Of a stretch of 46,127 nucleotides of DNA, positions 13,704 through 26,085 are shown piece after piece. Numbering within the stretch: the first letter of the stretch is position 1; the number at the start of each line of letters is the position of its first letter. Under the pieces are notes generated by a model that was not told the DNA's origin, made no database searches, and saw nothing but the letters and a program-made list of their open reading frames with translations. A program made the translations under genes and the position numbers. Source of the stretch: Conidiobolus incongruus B7586 (Eukaryota); NCBI GenBank assembly GCA_000697335.1, contig JNEM01013625.1, positions 1 to 46,127 on the forward strand, written 5' to 3'.

Positions 13704-16655
13704 ATGACTTCAACTCTCTTAAAACATTTAAACTCTTTAGCAGTTCTTCCTCCTAATACCACTTGGAATTATAGAAATTGGTTGAATTTAGGTTTACAGT
13801 GTTTGAAAAGAGTAAATTATATAGTTTTATATTTTATAAAATTCCTATTAATTATTTTTATATTATTTTAATAGGGTTCTGATTATGAAAAATCAAATGA
13901 TATTCAAGGAGCATACGTCGAATATTTGAAATTAACTAGGTAAAACTTCAAGTATATAAACTTTATTCAAATACTAATTATTATTAATAGTCTCGTTTTA
14001 GAAGTTTTACCTAAACAAAATCATTATAATTCTTTAAATATTAAAGAAGAAGAAATTTATATGAAACTAAAAAAAGTAATAATTATAATATATAAAATTC
14101 TAATTAATTAACTATTTTTTATCATTAGGCCGTTACAGAAAAACTCCCTTTGATAGAAAAGTGGAAGCTGTTATTTCAAAAGAATTCTTCAGCTAATAGT
14201 AAAACAATCACCAATAATAATAACACAAATAATGTTTCTAAAAAACCGCCGACAAAACCTTTACCAGCTATACCGACAACTCAAAGTATAAATTCAGCTA
14301 AAACTACAACTAGTGCTCAATCTATAATTCCCAACTCAAACATCACTTCTGCTAACGGAACTAACAATATAATATCTAATCCAACGATTCACAAAACACC
14401 CACTGGAGTAGCATATTCGACACCATCCTCTTTTAAACTTCCTGAAAATGAAAATATCACATTTTTAGAACTAGGTCAACTTTGGTCGCAGTCGAAGGGT
14501 GGAGCTTCTAATCCTTCCATTCTCTTCATCGATTTAAGGCCGCGAGAACAATTTGAGCTCTATACTATTAAAGGGAGTAATATCGTTAATATTGATTTAA
14601 CCGCAATAAGATCCCAGATATCGGCAAGGGAACTGGAAGCCTATTTAAATTCGAGGAATCTCAAAATGGGACACTTATTCTCTTCAAGGCATACTTTCGA
14701 TTGTATTGTAATGTATGACCAGGATTCTGAGTTTATTCAAGCTTCTTCTATGTTAAATGAACGCTCATCTCATGGGACTATATATGATGTCAAGCTTGCA
14801 ATCACTGAGCATGAATATAGCAAAAAACTTCAAAAAGCTCCTTATTTTTTGATCGGAGGTTTAAAGGCTTGGTATGGTTATTTAGGAGATAGAGGGCTAA
14901 TACATCATACTCCTAACAAGACTTCGAGTATCTCTCTCCAAAATAGCAATACCTCAAGCACAAAAACCTTATCACAATTGTCTGCTACAGGGGCAATTGG
15001 TCCAGCAAGAGGCAAGCCGATATATCAAAATGTCTCAGAATATCTTTCGGGTCACGCAACTGCTGCTCAGGCTCAAGAATCTATGATGAAGCCTCGCTCC
15101 CCTCAACCTGCAAGGCTCAGATCCCCCATATTTGAACCACTTCCTTTGACTACAACCCCTTCTAATCAATCCTCTGAACGCCGAAGAACGATATTTGACG
15201 ATCATTATTATAACTTTACTGGAAGTCCACCTCTCCCAGAGCCTGCTAAACTTTCACATGTTTCACGTCCAATCACTCCTACTCATGTTAAGAATCAATC
15301 ATCCTACTTTTCATCCATCACTCCACCACTAACACCAATCCCTGTATCATCTGCTCCTTCGAGTCACATTGGTGCAACAGGTTTGAGGAATTTAGGAAAC
15401 ACTTGTTTCATGAACTCCATTATCCAATGTATCAATGGTACATCACCTCTTTCGAGACATTTCCTAGATGGAAGTTATCGTAAGCAAATTAATACCAAAA
15501 ATTCTATGGGATACAAGGGTGTCTTAGCTGAAGAGTTTGCTTCACTCATTCGATCTCTTTGGAACAATCAATCAAATGCGATTTCCCCATCTAGCTTTAG
15601 GGTAAGATAACTAATTATAAAATGCACTTCTCCTAACATGCTTCTTTCAGGCACTAGTTGGATCACTTAATGCACAATTCAAGAACTGTGATCAACAAGA
15701 TTCCCAAGAATTTTTGGCATTTTTACTGGATGGACTTCACGAAGATCTCAATCTCGTAGTCAATAAACCCACTTTGCCCGAAATTGACGATGATTATTTT
15801 GAAAGTCTTCCAGATCAACAGGCGAGTGATTTAGCTTGGGATAGATACACTCAACTAAATAACTCTATCATTGTGAATTTATTCCAAGGCCAACTTAAAT
15901 CTAAATTACAGTGTCAAGCTTGTTTCAAGGTAAATACATTTTTACTAGCAAATCTATATAGCTTTCTAACTGTTTTTAGACTTCCACTTCTTACAATACT
16001 TTCATGTATTTATCACTTCCTATCCCCAAATTGGGCAAGTTTCATAAATCAGTTTCACTACTTGATTGCTTGGATACATTCGTCAAAGAGGAAGTACTTG
16101 ATGGAGATGATGCATGGTAATATTCAGTATTATAGTAAATAACAAAAAAATATTAAAATTATAACAGGATTTGTTCGAGATGTAAAGTGCCTAGAAAAAC
16201 AGTCAAGCAGCTTTCAATTTCCAGATTGCCAGATATTCTACTCATTCATCTCAAGCGATTCTCTTATGAAGGCCCATTTAGAAATAAGCTTGATACAATG
16301 GTAGACTGTCCACTAACTAAATTAGACTTAACGAAATATGTACCTTCTACATCCGCCAAATCTTCGATCACAGATCCTAGTGGTAAGCCCTTGGGACATG
16401 TGTATAACCTGTATGCAGTTTCCAATCACTATGGTACACTAAATGGAGGTCATTATACGGCGAGTGTTCGCAATGGGTACAATGGCGATTGGAGGTACTT
16501 TGATGATAGCCAAATATCCTTAATCAGTGAGAAAAAAGTGGTGGTAAGTGATTAGTAATATATAATAACAAATTATGTTTGATTTTTAACTCAATTTTTT
16601 ATAGACATCGGCAGCTTATAATTTATTCTATGTTAGAACTAATGTAAATGGGTAA
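13704..16655 (+). CDS. DOA4: Ubiquitin-specific protease, Doa4/USP8 type (N-terminal USP8 dimer/MIT-like, rhodanese and USP domains), multi-exon
   Basis: Rhodanese-like LFIDLRPREQFE...LIGGLKAW, Cys box GLRNLGNTCFMNS, QQDSQEFLAFLLDGLHEDLN, His box HYGTLNGGHYTA, and final exon SAAYNLFY. Confidence 0.88.
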
Positions 16656-16893
16656 TATATTTTTGTAATATTTAAATTATAAATAATCATTATATAATTC
16701 CTTTGTATTTTATTATTCATAAGAATGGTTTAATTAATATAGTATATTATTTAGAGATAATATCAACTCTAGATTATAAAATTATTTGGGGAAATTCTTT
16801 TTTTTGATAACTTACATATATATATATATATATATATACTCATATAATATAATTCATTTTAATTATTAATAAAATTTTAAATTAATCATTCAA

Positions 16894-16924
<31 letters not shown>

Positions 16925-17166
16925 AGCTGGTTCTAAATTTTATTTTTGTATTTATTATAATTTCTGATCTTAATAAATATTCTTCCTGTTATTTTAATAA
17001 AAAATGAGTTTCCTTTGATATTTTAAAAAAATTAAGATTTGATTTTCAAATCCAAAAAATTTGAAAGATTAATTCAAATTCCCAAAATAGATAACCTCAT
17101 TTTGTATGTTATAAAATATATTCAAAATGAGACTGTAATGATTAAATTTTTTTAATAAATTAAAAA

Positions 17167-18276
17167 ATGAATTTTAAAGATATCAGATTATAAATTTTTA
17201 TACACGAAAATCAAGCAGAAACTATTGAAACTATTGAATCGCAGTTATTTTGTAAATATAAAAAGAATAAAAATGATAATTTGGTTAAAGAAAAATCTTG
17301 GAAAAAAGAGTAAACATTTTTTTATGTGGTATTAATTGATTTGATTTAATATTTGTTTGTATATAGTCCTCATTATTTTCAATCTGTTAAAATTAGCGTG
17401 CTCGCTTTAGTTAAGATGGTATTTGGATAAAATTGTCATATTTATTCAAGTAGTTCATTTTTTCTAGTCAACTCATGTCAAATCTGGTGGTAATATTGAA
17501 GCAATGAGAATTATTCAATGAAAAGTTTATCCTCATACTATGATTATTACAGATGTATTCTCTCTACCAGTTGAAGGAACTGAAACTCGTGCAAACTCTG
17601 CCAACGAAGCTAATGAATATATGATCGACTATTTGACAAAGATTGAAGTTGGAAGATTGGAAAATGCTATTGAATGGTATCATAGTCATCCAGGTTATGG
17701 CTGCTGACTATCAGGAATTGACGTATCTGCCCAAACTATGAATCAAACTTTCAAGATCCTTTCCTCGCTGTTATCATTGACCCTATCCGCACTCTATCCA
17801 CCGGTAAAGTTGAGCTTGGTGATTTTCGAACATATCCCGAGAACTTAACTCCACCAGAATCTGCTCAATCCGAAGATACCAACGTCCCATTAAACAAAGT
17901 TGAAGATTTTGGTGTACATCACTCCAAGTACTACCTCGTTAAAGTAAGCTACTTCAAGTCTCATTTGGATAGCTATATTATCGACCAATTTTGGAGCCAA
18001 TACTAAATCGAAACACTTACCAAATCCGCTCTCTTTGTAAATCGTCAGTAACATACAAATCAACTCAACGACTTAAGTACAATGTTCCAAAGACTTGATT
18101 CCTACAATGTATTTAATGATTTTTCAAGATTCGATAACAAACTAGGCAGTAGGCCTAGCCAAAATCCAATTCCTATCGATAAAATCGCTCAATCAGCTAG
18201 TTTGATTAATAATAAATTATCACAAGGTTTAATGTCTCAAATGATCAAGTCAACTCTTTTCCCTCAAAAAGATTAA
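17167..18276 (+). pseudogene. CSN5: COP9 signalosome subunit 5 (JAMM/MPN+ deneddylase), disrupted, introns retained
   Basis: [67 protein letters not shown]. In-frame stops at 17191, 17519, 17705, 18004 and 18049, and a 1-nt deletion near 17750. Confidence 0.9.
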
Positions 18277-18543
18277 CATATATTGCTATCTTTATTATTA
18301 AAGTGACCATTTTTGCATAATTTAATAAATTTTCCTTAGATGTATTTTTAGTTATCTCATTCATATTGATTTTTCTCAACTATTTGATAACTAAAATTAT
18401 GAAATCTAATAATAGTTATATTATAAATATTATGAATTAGATAATTAGAACATGAATTTTATTAGTTAAAAAGATATTGTATGTACACTTAAATGAAATA
18501 ATGATGAAAACTAAAGATTGAAATGATGAGAGAGAATTTGGGA

Positions 18544-21500
18544 TTAATTGGAGGCAGGTTGTACATCCTGCTTAATTCTCTTTTTAACCTTAGACATAAT
18601 GGATTCTGGATTAATTGTAAAGTTTGGTTTGGTCGGGGTATTTCTAGAAAACTCTGCAATGGAATCGCGTGTGAGAGTGGAAGAGGCGGCAGGAGTCTTG
18701 GATTTGGACCTGCGCCAGCCTTGAACATCGATAAGTGCCTGCATACAGCCCCATTCCATAATCTTTTTCTCGAGCCATACGAGGGACACAGGTTTTGTCA
18801 AGAAGTCGTTACAGCCCGCAGCCAAAGCTTCGGTTCTGTCGGCACGGAGAGACGAGGCAGTAAGTGCGACAATAATCACAGGAGACTGTAATGGAGTTGG
18901 GGGAGTTCCAGGGGAAGGAAGAGAGTCTGTAAGAGCATCTGTCGCCGATTGGCCAGTGGGAGATTCGGAAGGGAAGCAGCCAATTTTTCGAGTCTTTTCA
19001 ATTCTTCGGATTTCCTTAGTTGCTTCAATACCACTCATAACGGGTAACTGGATATCCATGAGCACCAAATGGAAACTTCCATCCTTCCACTTTTGCAAAG
19101 CTTCTTTACCATCATTTGCTACAGAGTAGCTAATGTTACGCTTCCTCATGAATGTTGCCAAAATAGTTTGATTAATAGGATTATCTTCGACAATGAGTAC
19201 GTTAATGGGTAAGTATTGAACGTGGGGAAAGTAAGATTCATTGGGAGAAATCTTTGGCTTTTGAAGTGAGAGAGATTTGTTTGCCTTGGCTTTTGCGAGA
19301 GCACTTGTTTTGGTCTTGCCAGTCTTAGAGAGGGTTCTAACAAGTGGCTTAGGGGGTTGTGGTAGTGATGATTCGCTTTTGCCTGAAGGGTGATTTGATA
19401 AAGGATTCTTGCCATTATGGGGTGAGTGATTTCCAGGTGATTTGGGAAAATGCTGTGGCGATTCTTTGTGAGGGGAGCTCTGAGGAGATCTCAAGTAAGT
19501 TCGCTGGATACTAGTACTTGGAGCTGCAGATGGCGAGATTCTAGGACGATGTGTGATACGGGGTGAAAGGATCTGAGAGTTTGTTGAAGGATTCGAAATA
19601 GGAGGAGAGAAATCGTTAGTTTTAGTAGACATATTAGGAGTGTTAGGAAGAGTATCAGGATCAATTAAACGTTGAAGTCTGCGCGTAGGACTAAGAGGAT
19701 GAGCAGTATGCAATGCTGTAAAGTATTTGAAAAATCTACGGAAGCCAATAGGTTTTAAAACTAATGTTACTTTAGGGAAAGTTCCAGAATGTGCTTTTTG
19801 TAGAGCAGATTCCAAAAACTGAGTAGCTTCAAGGTAATCAGAAGGAACCAAAAAGTAAATTACATCACATTGGGGAATTCTTCTCCCGGAGTTTGTTAGT
19901 TGATGGCGATTTAGTAAACAGTTGATTACCTGGCAAAAAATGCTCAATGTATCGTCAATCATAATGGCAGGACGAAGCGGTGAAGAAGTTTGTTCTCCCA
20001 AATTTCTTAAAGCACGAATGAAGTAAGTAGGATCGGCCATATTAAATCTCTGCACCTTGCGCTCTAAAAGAGCACAACAAGTTTCCAAATATCGGCTAAA
20101 TGGTGTTGCAGAATTTGAGACAATCCATATTTGGTACTGCTTGTACATTTTAATGGTAGATCCAAGCTCAGAGAGTTGATGGAAAGGAGTGTGAAGATTA
20201 TTAGCTGCGTCTTCTGGAATGCATAGATTGCTAGTGAAGTATAAAGTTCTCTTGTCAGCAGTGCGATGATGAGTGACTTTAGTTTTAGTAAGTTTCTGAA
20301 GGAATGCGAGAGGCCTCATGATCCAATCCATTGAGTCAAGAATGTCAGTGGTTGCTAGGGTAGTATAAGTGATATGGAATACAAAAGGATAACATACTGA
20401 ATTTGATCTATCTGGGTCTTTTTGGCGTTGATTTAAAGTTGGTAAACGAACACCAATTTCAATTGAAGAGTTAGGTACGGATGATACAATAGAGAATCTA
20501 ACAGCCTAAATAACGAACGATAGAACATCAATAAATTGTCAAAATAAAATTTGAAAGCACTTACATCACTTAAAATATGCAACAAATCGACCATATCACC
20601 ATAAACCGGTATATCGCGAAAAGCAAAATCAATATCGTCAATGACAATATCAACATTCTCCCTATTCGCTATAGGCCCTACCATATCACCGATTTTTTGC
20701 AACAAGGAGCCTAATTGAAACTTGTTTTTGTTAACAGGAGCATAGTTTTGACACCTAAAGCTGGCGAAATATGTGCTGAAAAACTTTTCTATAGATATCA
20801 ATCTAGAGGACGATTCGTACATAGTATTAAGGTTGGAGAAGAGCACCATTCCTGCAGTGGATGGGTGAACTGGGCCAATGTGGATTTCTTCTTCACTCTT
20901 CAAATTGAACTGCTTTAAGAGGTCATGCAGTATGTTGATCGAATTGACTAAATCGGTGGCAAGTGATTGAATGTAAATAAAACTTAAATCTCTTCTTGTA
21001 AGCAAAGCTCTTTCGCTCTTATTGATTTCTTGCTCGATGCTATACTTTAAACGATTTAGGAAGCTTTCACGATCGGTTAAGACGAAATTAAAGAAGATAA
21101 ATAATGTCACTAGAAATATTAAGCAATATTTACAATTCGAAATTGCTAATTGATACAGAAATTTTTTTGAGTAAGCATATGTGAAATTATAAATAATGAT
21201 GAGTTGTATTGAGCATACAACAAAAGTAGTTTGAAGTAAAATTTGATAATCACGATGAGTTGTAAATAAAGGCTTTCTAACCGATCTTTGGCGAGTCCAA
21301 AAGTACCATAGAGAGCTTAATAAGATAGATGTTATTAAATAATTAGGATTAGAATAGTTAAATATCCAAAATGACCATGCAGTTAAGTTGCAAGTTATAG
21401 CGCAACTCCAACAAATAAAGGAAATCAAAGTTTGAACGTTTGAACTATACCAACCTCCTTCCGCTTCAATATCTAGAACAGCATTGACCCTGTATTTCAA

Positions 21501-21566
21501 GTCTGGAAAGTCAAAATAATTTGCATCGAAGAAAGTTGATTCGTTATTGAATTGAGGTCGACTCAT
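18544..21566 (-). CDS. SSK1: Ssk1/Mcs4-type response regulator with N-terminal hydrophobic segments and a degenerate histidine-kinase-like region, 987 aa
   Basis: Exons 21566-20565 and 20505-18544 join in frame. Receiver domain INVLIVEDNPIN...LVLMDIQLP...IIVALTAS...GCNDFLTKPV, followed by the Ssk1-specific WLEKKIMEWGCMQALID. Confidence 0.88.
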
Positions 21567-21946
21567 AATTTAAATTTGGTGAAATATACACCAATAGAAT
21601 AAAGAGATTAAAATTGATGTATGAAATTTTAAAGTTATATACTATGAATTGAAATATAGTAGCTTAAAATGTATATTAATTAAGATACATTAATTGAGAG
21701 TATTTCAATAAAATTAAAGTGATGAATAACGCAAATAAATCTAAATTTATTATGTGTTTATCAATTTAATATGAATGATATGGGATAAATTGAAGAATGG
21801 TTCAATTTCTTTTTATGTAACTAAATGGAATCGATCCAAGATTTGTATCTATATATAGTAATTTATATACTTTGAAATTCATTTATATAGATTGATTAAA
21901 TATAAAGTTTAATAAAACATAGCGAATAATTGATAGCAAATTGCTA

Positions 21947-21949
<3 letters not shown>

Positions 21950-21982
<33 letters not shown>
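21950..21982 (+). repeat. (AAT)11 microsatellite
   Basis: Direct reading. Confidence 0.9.
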
Positions 21983-23290
21983 TAAATTTTGATTTAGGTT
22001 ACTCTGTTATACTATGTATTATGATTTAAAGATATAAAATATATCATATATTTTTGATTCCGATTTAAAATTGTTTGAACCATCAATACTTAATAAAATA
22101 AATAATAATATCATTTAAATCATTAAATATAATTCTAAAATTAATCTTTAGATTTGATATCAATTTATTATTAGAACCATTAATAAATTAAATTGTTAAA
22201 TAACTTTTTATTTATCCAATTGAATTAGATAAGCCCAAAATTTGTAGTATAACTGAAGGGTTCAAAATTGGTAATATATGCAGATTCGGTGATAAATAAT
22301 TGAATATTGTGTTTAATATAATAAAGTGGAGTTGATTAGTATAAAAACTATATAAAATTAATAATGACTATGATGAATATTTATAATTAATTGTTTACTT
22401 TTGACTATTCAGACACATGTAAGGTAGTTTATAATGTATTATCTCTAGCTCATCAATAAAAACCAAAATTTTAGTCACTTTTAAAATCTGATCTCATGAC
22501 CAAAGTTGACCAATTAAATTAAAATAATTTCTGATATTAGGGTATATGTATATATGAAGCATATTGAAAATCCCTTTTTGATTGGTAATCATAACAGACA
22601 CTTATAATTAGTGATTTTTGTATTGAATTTTTTTGGTTTTAGGTATACATGATTATATACAAGTTTGGTCAAACCCAAATTATTGCTATGACAATTCAAA
22701 TTTCTGACTAGTACTTATTCCTATCATTAATATAAAACAAATTATTTATTCAATATAGATTAATTAATAGTTATTATTGATATCAGTAGCTCAAGGTTTG
22801 AACTCCAAGTTACATTGGTATATTTTAACTTTCAATAAAATTATTCTTTTAATTATAAATAAGATTTTCTTATTTAATAATATAATTTTTATTAGCGTGT
22901 GTATAATTATATGTAGCCAATTGAATATATTCCAAATATTAATCATCTTAAATTTAATCATGTGATATTCTCAGATAAATTAGATAAAAATAATAATTGG
23001 AAGAGTATTCATCAAGAATTGCAACCGGGTAAAAAATGTTAGTTTATTATATATTTTTAAGGATATGATTCAAATAATAAAAATAAATTACTTATAGAAA
23101 ATTTTATACATTCAAGCGTCGTCATCGAAGGATAATGATGGGAAATTTAAATCGAATGAGTGCAAGTGTTTTAGACCTTAATCAAAATGAAAAATTAGTG
23201 CCGAGAGTTGTAAATCGTTAAACGTCGTTGAAAAGCAATCCATACTGTACTTTTTAAAATAAATCTGACTATAAACAAGAGAATGATGAA

Positions 23291-24614
23291 TTAACGAATA
23301 GGAAGTTCGAGTTTACAATGTCTCAATGCCAAATCCCTCAGAGGTATATTAACACGATCTCCAGAATGAAGCTGAATAACGATATACTCGAACTTATTTT
23401 CAACAAATGATGCCTGATACGTCTTTTTCTCCGGATCAGTCACTATCAAAGGCATACCGGGTGTGATCTCGTGTCCGAAGTAGCTTAGTGTTCCCTTAGA
23501 TACATATACATCAGGACCAACATCAATAGAGTGACCAAGATAAGGGCCTGAAGGCTTCATTAGAGGCTCGACAGGACGACTTGGTTTAGTCAGGGATATG
23601 GAAAGAGGTACGTGTATGGGTTCAGGGTATACTAATCTAGGGGGTGGGATGTTATCGTTTAAGGGTGGTAACGAGGGTAAGGAAGTTGTTACTACTGGTT
23701 TGGAAACTTTCTGATTTTGCATCAATTTAGCATTTCTAGCTTCTAAAAGTGAAAAATGAAAATAAATTAAAAATTTCGACTAATAAACACCAGTTTTAAG
23801 GAAGAGTACCTTGGATAGATTTTATCTTTGTGAGAGCTCGTTCATACTTCGTTTTCATAAAATAAAGTTTGTTGGTCTTGTGAGCTGATAAGTCCATGGC
23901 GGAATACTAAAATTAGAAAATCAGAAAAAAGATAAGAATAAAACTAAAATCGAGACATTACGTTATATTGAGCATTAGCGGAAGCATACGACAGGTGAAT
24001 GTTTTTATCAAGGTGCCAGATCTTGAACACGCGTTCGATACCAGCTTTCCGTATGGCACGTCTACTTTTCGCATAGGCGAACTGAGACTCCTCTATATAG
24101 TCCGGACATTTTCCTCTGTTTATCATTTCAGTTTCAGCTTCAATACTTAGAACTTTGGCTTGATAAAACCTGTAGAAGCGAAAGTTAGTAAAATGATAAT
24201 CGAAGCTAAGAAATGTAAAAAAATGTCATTACAGTTGTTTAACTTGAGCATACTCCAATTCCAAGTTTTTAAAATCGTCTTGGCACTGTCTTAGCTCTTT
24301 TCTATCCAGAATAATTTCTTCATTCTCGTCATTTGCTAAAATAGAAAACAGAGGTTAAAATACAATAATTAAGAGGAAATCAGATAAAGCATACAGAACT
24401 CAGTGAGGCATGACGAATTGGAATCGGATTCGTTGCCGTCTAATTCTCGAGATACCGCATCCTTGTTCTCTGGAGACAGCTGAACGGAAGCCGTTGGGGA
24501 GCGAAGTGTTGAGGAAGTGGAGGGAGAGTTTCTGTTAGAATTCAAGTTGTCTCGCTCGGAACTATTCTCCTCTTCTAATTGAGAAGATGATGATTTGGTA
24601 GATTTTTTAGCCAT
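23291..24614 (-). CDS. Sds3-like (Sin3/Rpd3L HDAC complex) coiled-coil protein, 5 exons
   Basis: Spliced coiled coil LELEYAQVKQLFYQAKVLSIEAETEMINRGKCPDY resembles the Sds3-like family (G-x-x-P-[DE]-Y). C-terminal beta-rich domain. Four GT-AG introns keep the frame. Confidence 0.65.
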
Positions 24615-26085
24615 ATGAAGTGATTTACTTGAGAGTATTAAGATAAGCAGAATATAATAGTGTTGAATGAGTAAATTAAGGCAAACCAGTGGATACTGTA
24701 ATTCTAAATGAATGAATTTGATTTCTTGATATAAATTTGATGATTTGATGCAATGAGGAAACCCATAATGATAAACATGATTAAAGCCCTTGATTTCAAA
24801 GTCAAAAATTTTAATTTAACTCAATTCTACTAAATTCAGTACTTTGACTATTCTTTCATTAATATATATTATTCTTAATATATTTTAAAAATCTGATAAT
24901 TATATGAAACCATTAAAATAATCCGTTTTATTAATTATATAGCATATATATAACTTAGAATTTTATTTTTTTTATTCAGTCTCTGTAAATTTTATTTTGA
25001 TTTTATTAATATAATGTTTTTATCATAAAAACATCGATTCAAGTCAATACAAGCCTATTAATTTGTATTTACTTGATATATTTGATATGAAATACTAACA
25101 CCATCATATTGGATTATATTATCAAATGTTAGATATACGTAGTCTAATTACAAATACCGCATTTTTCCAGATTTAAATAAATAGAAGTGATGATATTTTA
25201 AATTAAAATTTAATTTCACAGGACTTAATCAATAACTTCTAGCTATCGCTATAGTATATATTAGAATCAATGTTATTAAGTGTTAAAGGTTTGTAGCTTA
25301 TTGTAATCCTTAAATATTCAATAATCAATATTGATAGCATACTCATTAAATATTCTACCAGTTTATTAATTGATATCTGTAGATTAATAAATTATTTTGA
25401 TATAAAATTTGTAAATATTTAAAGACGAAATCTCGTTTTATTGAATATATTTATTTTTACTTTTATATTTGAATAATATTGATAATTTTATTAATGAATT
25501 TAAATTATAGTGTAAAATTTCATATTATAATCATTTTTAAAATATAATAATTATAATAAATCTTAGTTTAATAATAAAAATTATTTTTAATAAATATTGA
25601 TAAATATTCAAGATTAATCGAATAATTTTTGTATCAAAAATGAAATTGATATGAAGTTAAAAAGGTATTTTAAATATTATCAATATTTATAAAATGTGAT
25701 AATGAAATTTATTTATGAATACATATTTTATTAATGTATCTAACATCCTAAATTAAAATAATAAAATTAACTCCATTCATTAAATTCAAATATAAATTTG
25801 AAGAATGAAAAAATAATATATATAGATATGTAATGCATTTTACTACTCATGACCCTGTTGAAATGGACAAAATTATTTAAAATCAGCCTTTTGAAAACAA
25901 ATGAGAGTATATGATAATAAGAATGATTATTATATCTGAAATAATAATATAATTGATTGTTTTTTGTTATTATAAAAAAGTGTAGTCAAAATTATTTACT
26001 ATGATCTATCTGATTGCTCATCATTTTTATATTTATTTGATTGGTCAGATTCCTCTACATATTAACAAGCTCATCTGTAAATTAA

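Noticed and set aside
17167..18276. Stop-codon reassignment or A-to-I restorative editing as an explanation for the CSN5 and PPR stops (two CSN5 stops are at Trp codons)
   Set aside because: Other stops replace Gly, Tyr and probably Lys, there is a frameshift, and intact genes here terminate with TAA and TAG normally.
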